64,000 bases of DNA from Candidatus Thorarchaeota archaeon (GCA_046482545.1 JAWOEX010000037.1:2030-66029); one strand, 5' to 3'. Shown: positions 36,404-46,481, numbered from the stretch's first letter. Notes: generated by a model not told the origin, from the sequence alone. A program made the numbers and translations.

Positions 36404-37603
36404 TTACTGCTCTTCTTGGAACTTCTCGATTTGTTTGATGATTTCCGGAACGACCTCGAATAGATCGCCCACAATGCCGAAGTCAGCGACTCCGAAAATT
36501 GGTGCCTCAGGATCTTTGTTGACGGCAACTATAATGTCTGAACTTCTCATGCCCTGAATGTGCTGAATCTGGCCTGAAATCCCGAAAGCGAAGTAGAGTT
36601 TGGGACAGATGGTCCGCCCGGACTGCCCGACCTGCTGAGTGGGCGGAAGCCAGCCGGCGTCGACGATAGGACGTGAGCCTCCCACAGCCGCGTCGAGCAA
36701 GTTGGCAAGTTTCTTGGGTAAGTCGAGGTTAGAGGGGTCTTTGATACCCCGGCCGCTGCATACAACAATGTCTGCTTCTTCGACGGATTTCATCCCTTCG
36801 ACCTTTTCGATGACAGTATCAAGAACTTCGGTTCTGATTTGAGATTTGTCAATAGTAATGTCGACGATCTCGATTTCACCCTCACGTGATTCGTCTGGTT
36901 CAGCCACTTTGAACACATTGGGGCGAACCGTGGCCATCTGTGGGCGAGTGTATGGGGTGATGATCTCAGCCATGACGTTCCCACCGAATGCGGGACGGGT
37001 TTGGACGAGCTGGCCTTCATCATCTATATCGAGACCCGTACAGTCCGCGGTAAGGCCGAGGCCGAGTCTGGCAGCAACACGGGGAGCAAGGTCTCTGCCA
37101 TTGCTTGTTGCACCGTAGAGCACGATTGAAGGATCTCTAGAGGATAGGAGAGAAGATACGGCTATCGTGTATGCATCAGTGGTGTAGTCAGCGTAGACTT
37201 CGTCATCTACAACCAGCACTTTGTCAGCACCCTGGTATATCAGCGACTGGGCAATGCCTTCGATATCATGCCCGATGAGAATCGCAGTTAGGTCTTCATC
37301 AAGTTTGTCAGCAAGCGCCCTTCCCTTTGTTACGAGCTCATTGGCCACGCTGCGTAGCCTTCCCTCGTTGGTCTCACAGACCACCCATACACCTTCGAAA
37401 CCTTCCAAGGCCTCCTCATCTATAGCCTTCCGCTCGATTTCGATGGCATCAACAGGACAGACTTCCTCACATGAACCACAAAGAACACACTTGGTCATGT
37501 CAAAGGATACTTTCTTGCCATCTTCCTTAATCGCTCCAAAATTGCAGGCTTTAAGACACAGTCCGCACCCGGTACAGGTATCTCTATCGTAGTTCAAACC
37601 CAT
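36404..37603 (-). CDS. etfA: Electron transfer flavoprotein alpha subunit with an N-terminal 2x[4Fe-4S] ferredoxin domain
   Basis: CTGCGLCLKAC, CVLCGSCEEVCP, TGLTADC, RPAFGGN, QVGQSG, GISGQIQH. Confidence 0.92.
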   Translation of the reverse strand: MGLNYDRDTCTGCGLCLKACNFGAIKEDGKKVSFDMTKCVLCGSCEEVCPVDAIEIERKAIDEEALEGFEGVWVVCETNEGRLRSVANELVTKGRALADKLDEDLTAILIGHDIEGIAQSLIYQGADKVLVVDDEVYADYTTDAYTIAVSSLLSSRDPSIVLYGATSNGRDLAPRVAARLGLGLTADCTGLDIDDEGQLVQTRPAFGGNVMAEIITPYTRPQMATVRPNVFKVAEPDESREGEIEIVDITIDKSQIRTEVLDTVIEKVEGMKSVEEADIVVCSGRGIKDPSNLDLPKKLANLLDAAVGGSRPIVDAGWLPPTQQVGQSGRTICPKLYFAFGISGQIQHIQGMRSSDIIVAVNKDPEAPIFGVADFGIVGDLFEVVPEIIKQIEKFQEEQ

Positions 37604-38401
37604 TCATATCGCCCCCTTCTTTGTGAGGAACTCCACGAGTTGCTTGGCTCCTTCCTCAGGAGTTTCCGGTTCTATTTTGATGCCGCCTTTCTTTTTCTCA
37701 GGCGCGAATACCTTTCTAACCTGGGTAGGTGACCCCTTCAAGCCCACTTCGTTCTCATCAACCCCAAGGTCCTCAAATCTGACCTCTTCAAGGGGTTTCT
37801 TCTTAGCCTTCATGATACCCATGATATTAGGCAAGCGTGGTTCATTAAGACCCTTTGTGGCTGTGAGCAGCAAGGGCATTTTTGACTTCACAACTTCGTA
37901 ACCTTCATCAGTTTCCCTATGAACGATGACATGCTTCTCGTCATCAGACAGCTTGAGATCGCGAACATAGCATATCTGCGGGATACCCAGCAATTCTGCA
38001 ATTTCAGGACCAACCTGTGCAGTATCACCATCAATGGCCTGCTTGCCACAAATCACAAGATCATAATCCATCTTCTTGATTTGTTTAGCCAAAGTGTATG
38101 ACGTTGCCCAGGTGTCAGCCCCTGCAAAAGCAGAATCGGTAAGGAGAACTGCCTTGTCACCGCCCATCGCCAATGCCTTGTAAAGTGCATCCTTCGCCTG
38201 TGGAGGCCCCATCGTGAGAATGGTAACCTCACCACCATATTCTTCCTTTAGCTGTATGGCAGCTTCAACAGCGAATTCATCGAAGGGGTTTAGAATCGAT
38301 GGCACGCCTTCACGCACAAGCGTGTTTGTCTCTGGGTCAATCTTGACCTCTGCTACCTCGGGAACTTGTTTGATTGGCACTATGATTTTCATTCGGACCA
38401 T
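37604..38401 (-). CDS. etfB: Electron transfer flavoprotein beta subunit
   Basis: KQVP, NPFDEFAVE, GADTWAT, GKQAIDGDTAQVGP, GSPTQV. Confidence 0.92.
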   Translation of the reverse strand: MVRMKIIVPIKQVPEVAEVKIDPETNTLVREGVPSILNPFDEFAVEAAIQLKEEYGGEVTILTMGPPQAKDALYKALAMGGDKAVLLTDSAFAGADTWATSYTLAKQIKKMDYDLVICGKQAIDGDTAQVGPEIAELLGIPQICYVRDLKLSDDEKHVIVHRETDEGYEVVKSKMPLLLTATKGLNEPRLPNIMGIMKAKKKPLEEVRFEDLGVDENEVGLKGSPTQVRKVFAPEKKKGGIKIEPETPEEGAKQLVEFLTKKGAI

Positions 38402-38600
38402 TCCCTATCGCCGAAGGGGATGATTCTACATTATAAGGAATATGTCCCCGGTAATCTGTGGGCATCACTTTATTCCATGTACCCGCGAGCCCTTTTACGC
38501 AATCCTTTTATTGACTGTGCCGCTCTTTCCGAGTAGTTCCATAATGATAACCTCTCAGAGTTCGGCATACTTGAGAGGTAGACTCAAGGTAGTGAACGGA

Positions 38601-38960
38601 ATGCAGAAAGAGAAAGTAATCGGTGCATTGATTTTCATAGTTGCTATCCTAGTGCTCATCTACTACACATGGGCATTACCGCTATTGCAAAACCCATGGT
38701 TCGGACCCTCACTCAAGACTTGGGTGGAGAACACGTTCGGAGGGGGTATCCTTCAGGATATCTTTGCTCCCGACCCGATGTTTCTCATTATCTTGCCTGT
38801 GTGGGCCGCAGCTGTTCTTATCATGGTCATTGGAGCCTGGATTGGCTGGACTATGATGACAACTCCTGCTCCAGAACCATTGGAAGATTTTGATTTCGAT
38901 GAAGAAGAAATAGCAGAGCCAGAGATAGAAGAAGAGACTGAAGAAGCCGAAGAAGAATAA
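38601..38960 (+). CDS. Small two-TM protein resembling eukaryotic DPM2, with an acidic tail
   Basis: EKVIGALIFIVAILVLIYYTW and FAPDPMFLIILPVWAAAVLIMVIGAWIGWTMMTT parallel the DPM2 two-helix pattern as I recall it; start at ATG 38601. Confidence 0.6.
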   Translation: MQKEKVIGALIFIVAILVLIYYTWALPLLQNPWFGPSLKTWVENTFGGGILQDIFAPDPMFLIILPVWAAAVLIMVIGAWIGWTMMTTPAPEPLEDFDFDEEEIAEPEIEEETEEAEEE

Positions 38961-38997
38961 TCGTCTAGTTCTCTTCACCTTATCTCTACAGTATAAG

Positions 38998-39014
38998 GGC
39001 CGGGCAATCCGGCC
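38998..39014. terminator. GC hairpin followed by a pyrimidine run, between convergent genes
   Basis: GGCCGG-GCAAT-CCGGCC-TTTCCCATTTCTATTTT. Confidence 0.5.
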
Positions 39015-39163
39015 TTTCCCATTTCTATTTTCCTGTCTTTATGAAATATTACTGACTATGACTGATGCGGCTAGAGAATTCACCGAAGGTTCAGCTATTT
39101 TCGTTTTTGCCACCCCGTGCAAAAAGGGCAAGATGAAACGGTACACAACGGTAGGGCAGTTAC

Positions 39164-40528
39164 TTACTCAAGGCTGTCGAGTGCCTTGAGAATTATACTC
39201 TTGCCTTTCTCGGCCAGCTCCTCAGCCTTTTTCTCAGATTCACTTTCAGCAAAACAGCGCCAGATAGGTTCGGTTCCCGAAGGTCTCATGAGAACCCATC
39301 CCTGATCGTATATCAATTTCACTCCGTCTATTGTGATTCGTTCCTGGTCCTTCGTTAGTTCAAGTAGAGGATCAAGAATAGCGAGTTTCTTGTCTTGCGG
39401 TACATCTACTGACAGTTTCACGCTATTATACTGGGGTAGCTCAGCAACAAGTTCAGAAAGGGTCTTCTTCTCAATAGACATGATTTCTGCCATTTTGGCC
39501 GCGGTCATAGCGCCATCACGTACAGCCTGATGTGCAGGATAGAATACACCCCCATTTTCTTCGCCGCCCATTTCAGCATCGATTTCCAACATGCGATGCG
39601 ATACATCAACGCTGCCAACCACGGTCCAGTCGATTGTCGCACCTGCCTCGTGCGCAACATCCTCAATCAGGCGACCACTGCTCACAGGAGTTACCAAAGT
39701 CGGGTTCTCATATTCAGCCAAGGAATAAGAGGCCATGATAGCAAATGATTGGTCTCCCCAGAGAATGTTTCCCTTCTCATCAACGAATGTTGCACGATCT
39801 GCATCGCCGTCATGAGCCACACCAAAATCAGCACCTACAGCTTTCACAGCCTCTGCAAGCATTTCCAAATTCTCAGGAGTTGGTTCTGGATTTCTGCCGG
39901 GAAACAGTCCATCCAGCTGAGCATTCAAAGAGATGACCTTGCAACCAAGCTGGCGAAGCAGTATGGGTGTTGCCAACGATCCGACGCTATTTGCTCCATC
40001 GACAACCACTTTGAGATTCCTTCTCTTCACAGCATCTACATCCACATGTGACTTGATTGCCTGTAGGTAGTCTTCAATGGCAGTATCGTACTTCCGCGTG
40101 CTACCGATTTCCCTCCAGTCAGCAATATCAAAATCCTCATCGAAATAGACTTTCTCCATTTCATCCTCCATCTCTCTAGAAATCTCAACACCATTGGGCC
40201 CCATGACTTTCAATCCGTTGAATTGTGGAGGATTGTGAGATGCAGTAATCATTATTCCACCAGTGCAACCAAGTTTTGGAACGATGAACTGAAGGGTTGG
40301 TGTAGGAACAAATCCGACATCTACGACGGATTTTCCAGTAGAAAGCAGACCAGATGTCACTGCATGACGCAGCATTTCACCACCCATTCTACAATCGCGT
40401 CCCACAGCTACTTCCTGCCCTTCCAGAACTGTTCCAACTGTTCGGCCGATGTTAAGAACAATCTCCGGAGTTATCTCACGATTGATGATTCCACGAACAC
40501 CGTTTGTCCCAAAGAGCTTCTTCCCCAT
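39164..40528 (-). CDS. Alpha-D-phosphohexomutase (phosphomannomutase/phosphoglucomutase/GlmM family)
   Basis: LFGTNGVRG, TASHNP (phospho-Ser), DGDADR, GEENGG, RPSGTEP; start at ATG 40528. Confidence 0.92.
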   Translation of the reverse strand: MGKKLFGTNGVRGIINREITPEIVLNIGRTVGTVLEGQEVAVGRDCRMGGEMLRHAVTSGLLSTGKSVVDVGFVPTPTLQFIVPKLGCTGGIMITASHNPPQFNGLKVMGPNGVEISREMEDEMEKVYFDEDFDIADWREIGSTRKYDTAIEDYLQAIKSHVDVDAVKRRNLKVVVDGANSVGSLATPILLRQLGCKVISLNAQLDGLFPGRNPEPTPENLEMLAEAVKAVGADFGVAHDGDADRATFVDEKGNILWGDQSFAIMASYSLAEYENPTLVTPVSSGRLIEDVAHEAGATIDWTVVGSVDVSHRMLEIDAEMGGEENGGVFYPAHQAVRDGAMTAAKMAEIMSIEKKTLSELVAELPQYNSVKLSVDVPQDKKLAILDPLLELTKDQERITIDGVKLIYDQGWVLMRPSGTEPIWRCFAESESEKKAEELAEKGKSIILKALDSLE

Positions 40529-40604
40529 GGTGAATCGTACCCAGCTTTGTGCAACTAGGCCCAGACTTAAGAGTGTCGCTATCGTGTGTTTGAAGGGGCT
40601 CCAT

Positions 40605-41135
40605 ATGTGCTTTTTCAAGAAGGAGAAGGACAAAAAATACGAGAAAGCTGCCCAACTGATGGCCAATGAGGAATATGAAAAGGCAGTTCCACTGCTGAAA
40701 GAAGTTCTTGATGAGAATCCCGAGCACACGAATGCGCTTACCTCGATGGGTGTCGCCTTGATATCCATGGATATCAACCTGGACCTCGAAGACCCGAATA
40801 TCAAGCAAGGGCTTGAGTATCTGAATCAAGCTGCTAAAATCGACCCCGAAGATCCTGTACCTGTATTCAATAAAGCAGTCCTATTGCGGAAACTGGAGAG
40901 GCCGGAGGAGGCAATCAATGCCTTCAAACAGGTCCTTGAAATTGAAAAGCAACAACCACTTGCCCTGCTTCATATCGCAGAAATCAACTACGAACTCGAG
41001 CGCTGGGAAACCGCCATTAATTATGCCCGACAGGCCATCATCAGAGATCCAGGGTTCAAGGAAGCTTTGACATGGGTACCCGAAGCCATGGAGAAAGCCG
41101 GATTACTTGATGAAAAGAATACAGGACAGCAGTAA
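40605..41135 (+). CDS. Tetratricopeptide repeat protein
   Basis: Repeated A/Y/L..L...P helix pairs (YEKAVPLLKEVLDENP; EEAINAFKQVLEIEK). Confidence 0.8.
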   Translation: MCFFKKEKDKKYEKAAQLMANEEYEKAVPLLKEVLDENPEHTNALTSMGVALISMDINLDLEDPNIKQGLEYLNQAAKIDPEDPVPVFNKAVLLRKLERPEEAINAFKQVLEIEKQQPLALLHIAEINYELERWETAINYARQAIIRDPGFKEALTWVPEAMEKAGLLDEKNTGQQ

Positions 41136-41300
41136 GGATTCATAGTTTGTAATCTTGTGTTTTTCAGGAGTGAATCAAGAATGGTTTTTCTGTTCTGGAC
41201 CGTTCTTCAACAGCTGCTGCAAAACCCTTAAATTCACACTTTCAAGGCTCGACATTGAACTACTACCATCAGTATATTCCCCATATCCTAGGGTGATTAC

Positions 41301-41714
41301 ATGTCTCAACGTGGCAGAGAACCAACATATCGTGGCTATAAAATCAAAGAGCTGGTCGAGATGAGTATGGATGACCTCATCGAACTCCTCCCCGCTCGGC
41401 GCAGACGAACACTCAAACGAGGTCTTCCCCCGCGTCAGAAGAAACTACTTAAGAAAGTAAGGGAGGCGCGCAAACAGCTCAAGAAAGGGAAGGCTCCAGT
41501 TATCCGGACCCACTCCCGGGACATGGTCATTCTGCCCGAGATGGTAGATCTCACCTTTGGCGTCCACGACGGATATCGTTTTCAGGATGTCAAAATCACT
41601 CCGCTTATGATTGGACATTGTTTGGGAGAGTTCGCTATAACAAACAAGCAGGTTAAACATGGTAGCCCCGGTATCGGAGCTACGAAGAGCTCTGCCTACG
41701 TACCGCTCAAGTAG
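41301..41714 (+). CDS. rps19: 30S ribosomal protein uS19 (archaeal S19P), not in an r-protein operon
   Basis: [57 protein letters not shown]. Confidence 0.95.
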   Translation: MSQRGREPTYRGYKIKELVEMSMDDLIELLPARRRRTLKRGLPPRQKKLLKKVREARKQLKKGKAPVIRTHSRDMVILPEMVDLTFGVHDGYRFQDVKITPLMIGHCLGEFAITNKQVKHGSPGIGATKSSAYVPLK

Positions 41715-41736
41715 AAACCGGGAACGCACAATTTTC

Positions 41737-41756
41737 TGGCTGGAAAGTTCCAGCCA
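41737..41756. terminator. Hairpin after rps19
   Basis: TGGCTGGA-AAGT-TCCAGCCA followed by TTCTTCATTTTT. Confidence 0.55.
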
Positions 41757-41772
41757 TTCTTCATTTTTCATT

Positions 41773-42282
41773 CTAGAAAGCCAAAGGATCAACCATTGAC
41801 TCAGTTACGGTTCGTTCTTCAGGTTCTTCCCAAGGCAAAGAGATGGTGGGACCGGGTACAATCTTCATCATAGCCAAGACGGTTAGGAAAAGTGCTGGAA
41901 TAGGGAGAGCCCACATGGAACCACCATTACGGGTTCGTTCCACAAGGGAGATACTCATGATGTTCATAATGCCAATCCCGGCAAGCAGAAGCTCTACAGT
42001 GACAAATACTTCAGAAACTGTATTGAGCGATGCTGTTGTAGAAGTAACCGATACTTCATTGAGGAGAAACTCCTCTATATCATCTGACGCCGAATCGACG
42101 AAATCGCTATCATCACTTTCCAGTTTGACTGCAATCTGGCTGACTTCTTCTGAGTCGAAGTAGTCCATCGCTGACTCAAGTGCGATGTACAGTCCCGTAT
42201 CCGAAGGACCAAATCCGTATGCACCAATCTCTTCCAAGAGTCCTGTAACTGACATTTGAGTGAGGGCGTGGAAACAAACCAA
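41773..42282 (-). pseudogene. Internal remnant of a MacB/FtsX-type ABC permease
   Basis: VTGLLEEIG..LYIAL, VSQIAV, AGIGIMNIMSISLVERTR; no N-terminus and the sequence diverges after ERTR. Confidence 0.65.
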
Positions 42283-42399
42283 TCCATCACATCAATTGAA
42301 GATTAGGGCTACCTGCAGCAGCTTCCCTTCTTCATTAACGTAAGTACTCAGATGGCGAGCCAAGTCTGCCGAGGTACTCCGGTTTGGTGATGGCGCATA

Positions 42400-44304
42400 T
42401 CAGCCAAGTTGCGAAGGTTGGATATAGGCCCCATATTCTTCTCGGGCTTCGAGTAAGCGTTTCTTCTGTTCTTTGAGTCGCTGATAGAGGTTTTTTGGTG
42501 CATCAGGCACAGTGTCTCTATAGCTGTTTGAAACACGCTCAATCTTGGCCAGAAGCTCGGGAATCCTGAAAGTGAATTGTTCCACGTACTCTTCATGAGA
42601 GTAATCTTTGTCAAGCTCTTCTTTGAAAAGAGTCTTCAAATCCTCGTAGTAAGGGAGATAGCCAGTCGGGCCACGAAGAGCGTCAACTTCGCCATGTATT
42701 CTGCGATCAATCCATTGGAGCCACACGCGCTTATCCTGCTTTGCATTCATGTATTCACCATCCTCATTCTTCAGGAAATAATTCACAGCGAAAATGTCAG
42801 GGGGGGAATCCACTTTCTGGCCAAAGTCAAGATGGTTCTGTATGTATTGGCCAAGGGGAATTGACACGAAATCCAAGTTGGAGAAAGGTTGCAGTTTCCT
42901 TACACCGCTACGACCCAAAGTAGCAGCGGTAGTCTCTGATTCTAGGCTGGCCCCCATGGTGATGACTCCATGTTCCCAGCTGAGGGATTGCTGAACAGGA
43001 ACCCATGTATCGCTATCACGCCCACCGTAGATGATGCCACCAACTCTAACGCCCAGTGGTTTATCCAATGCCTCATCTTTGTTTGGCAGACTTTCGAGGC
43101 TCACAGTGTATCGGGCATTCTTGTGAGAAGGAAGAATTTCGTTGCCGTCCGCATCGACCTTACCTTTAAACCACTGCCCAGAATGATTGATGCCATGATC
43201 AGGAGTTTCTCTCCCATCTCCAAGCCAGTACGGCTCACCTTTGTAGATCAGCACGTTTGTGAAAATCACAGGCTCATCGGATTGAAGGATATTCCAGATT
43301 AGTGGGTCATCCTTTTTGTTTACGGATCGTATAATCCCAAAGATGCCGTGTTCAACATTCACCCCTCGTACGGTATCGTCAATCGGTCTGAGATAGGCAA
43401 TATCATCACCAACAATCGTGCTACCCTTCACCATAGAGGTGCTTGTCTTCCCGCATCCTGAAGGGAATGCTCCAGTAAGGTATGTCTTCCTGTCGTTGGG
43501 ACCATGTACAGCCATCAGGAACATGTGTTCGGCAAGCCAGCCTTCCCGGTTCGCCTTTCGTATGGCCAGTCTCAATGCAAGTTTCTTGAGACCAATGGTA
43601 TTTCCCGCATATTGGGTGTTCACACTGTAAACGGTATTCTCTTTGTAATCAATCGAGACGCCGCGTTTGTCCCAGTTCACACTGATAGCATGAGCAAGTT
43701 TGCCGGATGAATGAAGCATCCAGAATATTTCTGCATCGTCAGGCAGTTTCTTGAAAAATTCGTAACCCTGTCGATACAGCAAGTCCTCACTATGTGCCAC
43801 ATAGAAGGAATCTGTAAGCTGAACACATGGAATCGAGAATGGGGAATCCACCGGACCAAGACAGAAGAAGCGCACTATCAGCTTTTTGTTATTCATGCTG
43901 TTCTTGAGGCGCTTCCTGACCAAGTCTAGTCCTTTCTTCCTATCCATCTGTGCCAGCTGGTCACCTAGGGTTTCTCCTTTAGGAACCAAATAGCGAGTGT
44001 GTTCCTTGTCACGGGCTTGGTCATAAAAGCCATCGAAATGTACAGTATGATTGGGATTCGCAAGTGGGGTTTCCTCACCATGGGCTATTGCACTTTTTCG
44101 CACGTATTCTATGTCTTCTTCTGCATCACTGCAGACGAAAACCTCCAGCGGGTGACACAGCCTAATAGCCTTCGCAACAAAATCATGGATACGTGTGTTA
44201 GGTATCGCTAAAAGCTTCTTGAAGTCAGTATCGTTGAGGGCCCTTTCGAGAATTGAAATTGTTTCACTCATGTAGTTTGCCTTCCGAGTGGATTCCACTA
44301 CCAT
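42400..44304 (-). CDS. pckG: GTP-dependent phosphoenolpyruvate carboxykinase (archaeal type)
   Basis: NTQYAGN..GLKK, WLAEHM, AFPSGCGKTS, VGDDIA, HKNARYT, IIYGGR, FAVNYF. Confidence 0.92.
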   Translation of the reverse strand: MVVESTRKANYMSETISILERALNDTDFKKLLAIPNTRIHDFVAKAIRLCHPLEVFVCSDAEEDIEYVRKSAIAHGEETPLANPNHTVHFDGFYDQARDKEHTRYLVPKGETLGDQLAQMDRKKGLDLVRKRLKNSMNNKKLIVRFFCLGPVDSPFSIPCVQLTDSFYVAHSEDLLYRQGYEFFKKLPDDAEIFWMLHSSGKLAHAISVNWDKRGVSIDYKENTVYSVNTQYAGNTIGLKKLALRLAIRKANREGWLAEHMFLMAVHGPNDRKTYLTGAFPSGCGKTSTSMVKGSTIVGDDIAYLRPIDDTVRGVNVEHGIFGIIRSVNKKDDPLIWNILQSDEPVIFTNVLIYKGEPYWLGDGRETPDHGINHSGQWFKGKVDADGNEILPSHKNARYTVSLESLPNKDEALDKPLGVRVGGIIYGGRDSDTWVPVQQSLSWEHGVITMGASLESETTAATLGRSGVRKLQPFSNLDFVSIPLGQYIQNHLDFGQKVDSPPDIFAVNYFLKNEDGEYMNAKQDKRVWLQWIDRRIHGEVDALRGPTGYLPYYEDLKTLFKEELDKDYSHEEYVEQFTFRIPELLAKIERVSNSYRDTVPDAPKNLYQRLKEQKKRLLEAREEYGAYIQPSQLG

Positions 44305-44450
44305 CCGGGATGAGGCGGGCTATGTTGGCAATATAAGCGCCATGGAACTTGCAGTTGTTTTATTGCTTTGAGCACCATCTTTAGCCTTAAGTATGAGGAA
44401 CGTATGGAACTAGATTAAAGATACGATAAAGGAGGACACAGAAGCTGCCT

Positions 44451-45230
44451 ATGACGGATGTTAACGGTGTGGAGATTTTTTACCGGACCACTGGGCAAGG
44501 AGACCCAATCCTCTTGGTCCATGGCCTTGGAGGTGACATACGGAGTTGGGAATTCCAAGAAGATGCCCTAGCAGAGCACTTTACCCTTATCTTGCCTGAT
44601 CAGAGAGGCCACGGCCACTCCGGCGGCCCAGATGCAAATACGGTCTCCACAGAAGATTTCGCCAACGACCTAGCTACATTGCTGGACAAGTTAAACTATG
44701 ATTCGCTCCATGTGGTAGGTCACTCAATGGGGGGAATGATAGCACAACAATTTGCGTTGGATCATCCAGAGTATGTGGAAAAGCTGGTTCTCATAGATAC
44801 AGCCCCTAGAATCACCGAGGCGACCATTGACGAGGTATACTCATGGCGAGAAGCGGAAGTAGAAGGCGGGGCTGAAGCCTATCAAGAGGCTTCTATTCGT
44901 AGTACATTCCCGCGGGAATTCATTCAAAACAATCCCAATCTTATTGATTACCTGATGAGCCGTGAGAACCTTGTAAACCAGGAAGGGGTGCTTGCTGCAG
45001 GACTTGGTATGGCTTCTTTTGACATAACCGACAGGCTATCGGAAATTGATGCTGAAACCCTGATTATTCATGGTGAGGAGGATGCAATTATGGATCTCAG
45101 TCTTGCAAAGGTTATGCATGAGAAAATTCCCGATTCACACATAATTACCTTCCCCGATTGTGGCCATTCACCCCCGGTGCAGTGTCAGGATGAGCTCAAT
45201 CAAATCATCATAAAATTCCTGAGTTCATGA
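44451..45230 (+). CDS. Alpha/beta hydrolase (enol-lactonase-like)
   Basis: HGLGG, DQRGHG, GHSMGG, HGEED, CGHS. Confidence 0.88.
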   Translation: MTDVNGVEIFYRTTGQGDPILLVHGLGGDIRSWEFQEDALAEHFTLILPDQRGHGHSGGPDANTVSTEDFANDLATLLDKLNYDSLHVVGHSMGGMIAQQFALDHPEYVEKLVLIDTAPRITEATIDEVYSWREAEVEGGAEAYQEASIRSTFPREFIQNNPNLIDYLMSRENLVNQEGVLAAGLGMASFDITDRLSEIDAETLIIHGEEDAIMDLSLAKVMHEKIPDSHIITFPDCGHSPPVQCQDELNQIIIKFLSS

Positions 45231-45337
45231 CTTGGATGAGAGTCATTGACGAACCTGTAATTGAATATTATAGATAATCATACTGCCAGAAGAAGGACGG
45301 AACAAGAAAACACAGCCAAGAGAGGAAGGGGATTGCC

Positions 45338-46165
45338 ATGGACAAAGTCGCACTCGTGAAACACGAAGGGTCTGTTCAACAGGATTTGGAATTGGGGATA
45401 AATCTTCTTGGAGGATTTGGAAACCTGCAATCACCAATAGCCATTAAGCCCAATATCTGCACGATAGAAGATACCACGGGCCACACCGTGACAGACATAG
45501 AAGTCGTCAGGACAGTCATAGAAATCCTTCTTGAAGAGAAAGAGAACATAGAGATTCGAATTGTGGAATCCGATAGCCAGAGTAAATATGCTGAAGAGGC
45601 TTTTGAGAAATATGGATACACTCTACTGGCAGAGAATATGCAGAACAGAGGATACGATGTATCGCTTGTCAATCTCAGCCAGTCACCAAGAGCAACTATA
45701 GATTTCGACGGGCTCTATTTCAAAAGCAACGAATTTCCAGAAGCAATCACTAATTATGGCTATTTCGTCACCATAGCAACAGCTAAAACGCATAGTTTGA
45801 CTTGGCTCACTGGTGCACTAAAGAATCAATTTGGATTGCTATCAGAGAAACAACAGTCGAAATATCATTCTGATATCAACGAAATAATAGTTGATTTGAA
45901 CCGGCTCGTTCAACCGAACCTTTGTATTGTTGATGCACGAGTTGGTTTGGAGGGGTGGGATGGACCGAAGAGTAGAGTACTTGACTCATTCATACTGGGA
46001 TACAGTCCTGTCTCTGTTGACGCAACCATGGCACGGATTATGGGCTTCGATCCCAAGAACATCGAGCATGTAGTGAAATGTGCGGAATACGGGTTGGGAG
46101 ATATAGAGCCACAGGTTCTTGGGGAGACTATTGAATCCGTCAGGGTCCAATTCAATAAACCATAG
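45338..46165 (+). CDS. DUF362 family protein
   Basis: IKPN, AKTH..LTGALKNQFG, IVDA..GLEG, VSVDA. Confidence 0.8.
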   Translation: MDKVALVKHEGSVQQDLELGINLLGGFGNLQSPIAIKPNICTIEDTTGHTVTDIEVVRTVIEILLEEKENIEIRIVESDSQSKYAEEAFEKYGYTLLAENMQNRGYDVSLVNLSQSPRATIDFDGLYFKSNEFPEAITNYGYFVTIATAKTHSLTWLTGALKNQFGLLSEKQQSKYHSDINEIIVDLNRLVQPNLCIVDARVGLEGWDGPKSRVLDSFILGYSPVSVDATMARIMGFDPKNIEHVVKCAEYGLGDIEPQVLGETIESVRVQFNKP

Positions 46166-46196
46166 AAACTGAATGCAACGTTTATGGTTTACACCA

Positions 46197-46481
46197 TTAG
46201 TCCGATACTTTAGCAGGAAGTTGCGCTTGATCTTCAAGCCATTTTGGATGAACCCCAATACTGCGTTTAAGAATGTCACAAGGAAACTCATCACATTCTG
46301 AACAAAACCTAAGACCATTCTTCTCGATGCAGCATTCATATATGGTGCAACCTTCGCGACTTTCGGTGCCACACCCTTTACACTCGTTATTCATGAAGTA
46401 ACGGCATGATCCGCAATATAGAAGACAAGGTGTACCTAGGCCATCAAACTCCATGTTTTCACCACTTGCTGAAGTTGACAT
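46197..46481 (-). CDS. DUF3795-type Cys-rich protein (second copy in the window)
   Basis: PCLLYCGSC, CKGC, CTIYECC, FCSECDEFPC. Confidence 0.8.
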   Translation of the reverse strand: MSTSASGENMEFDGLGTPCLLYCGSCRYFMNNECKGCGTESREGCTIYECCIEKNGLRFCSECDEFPCDILKRSIGVHPKWLEDQAQLPAKVSD

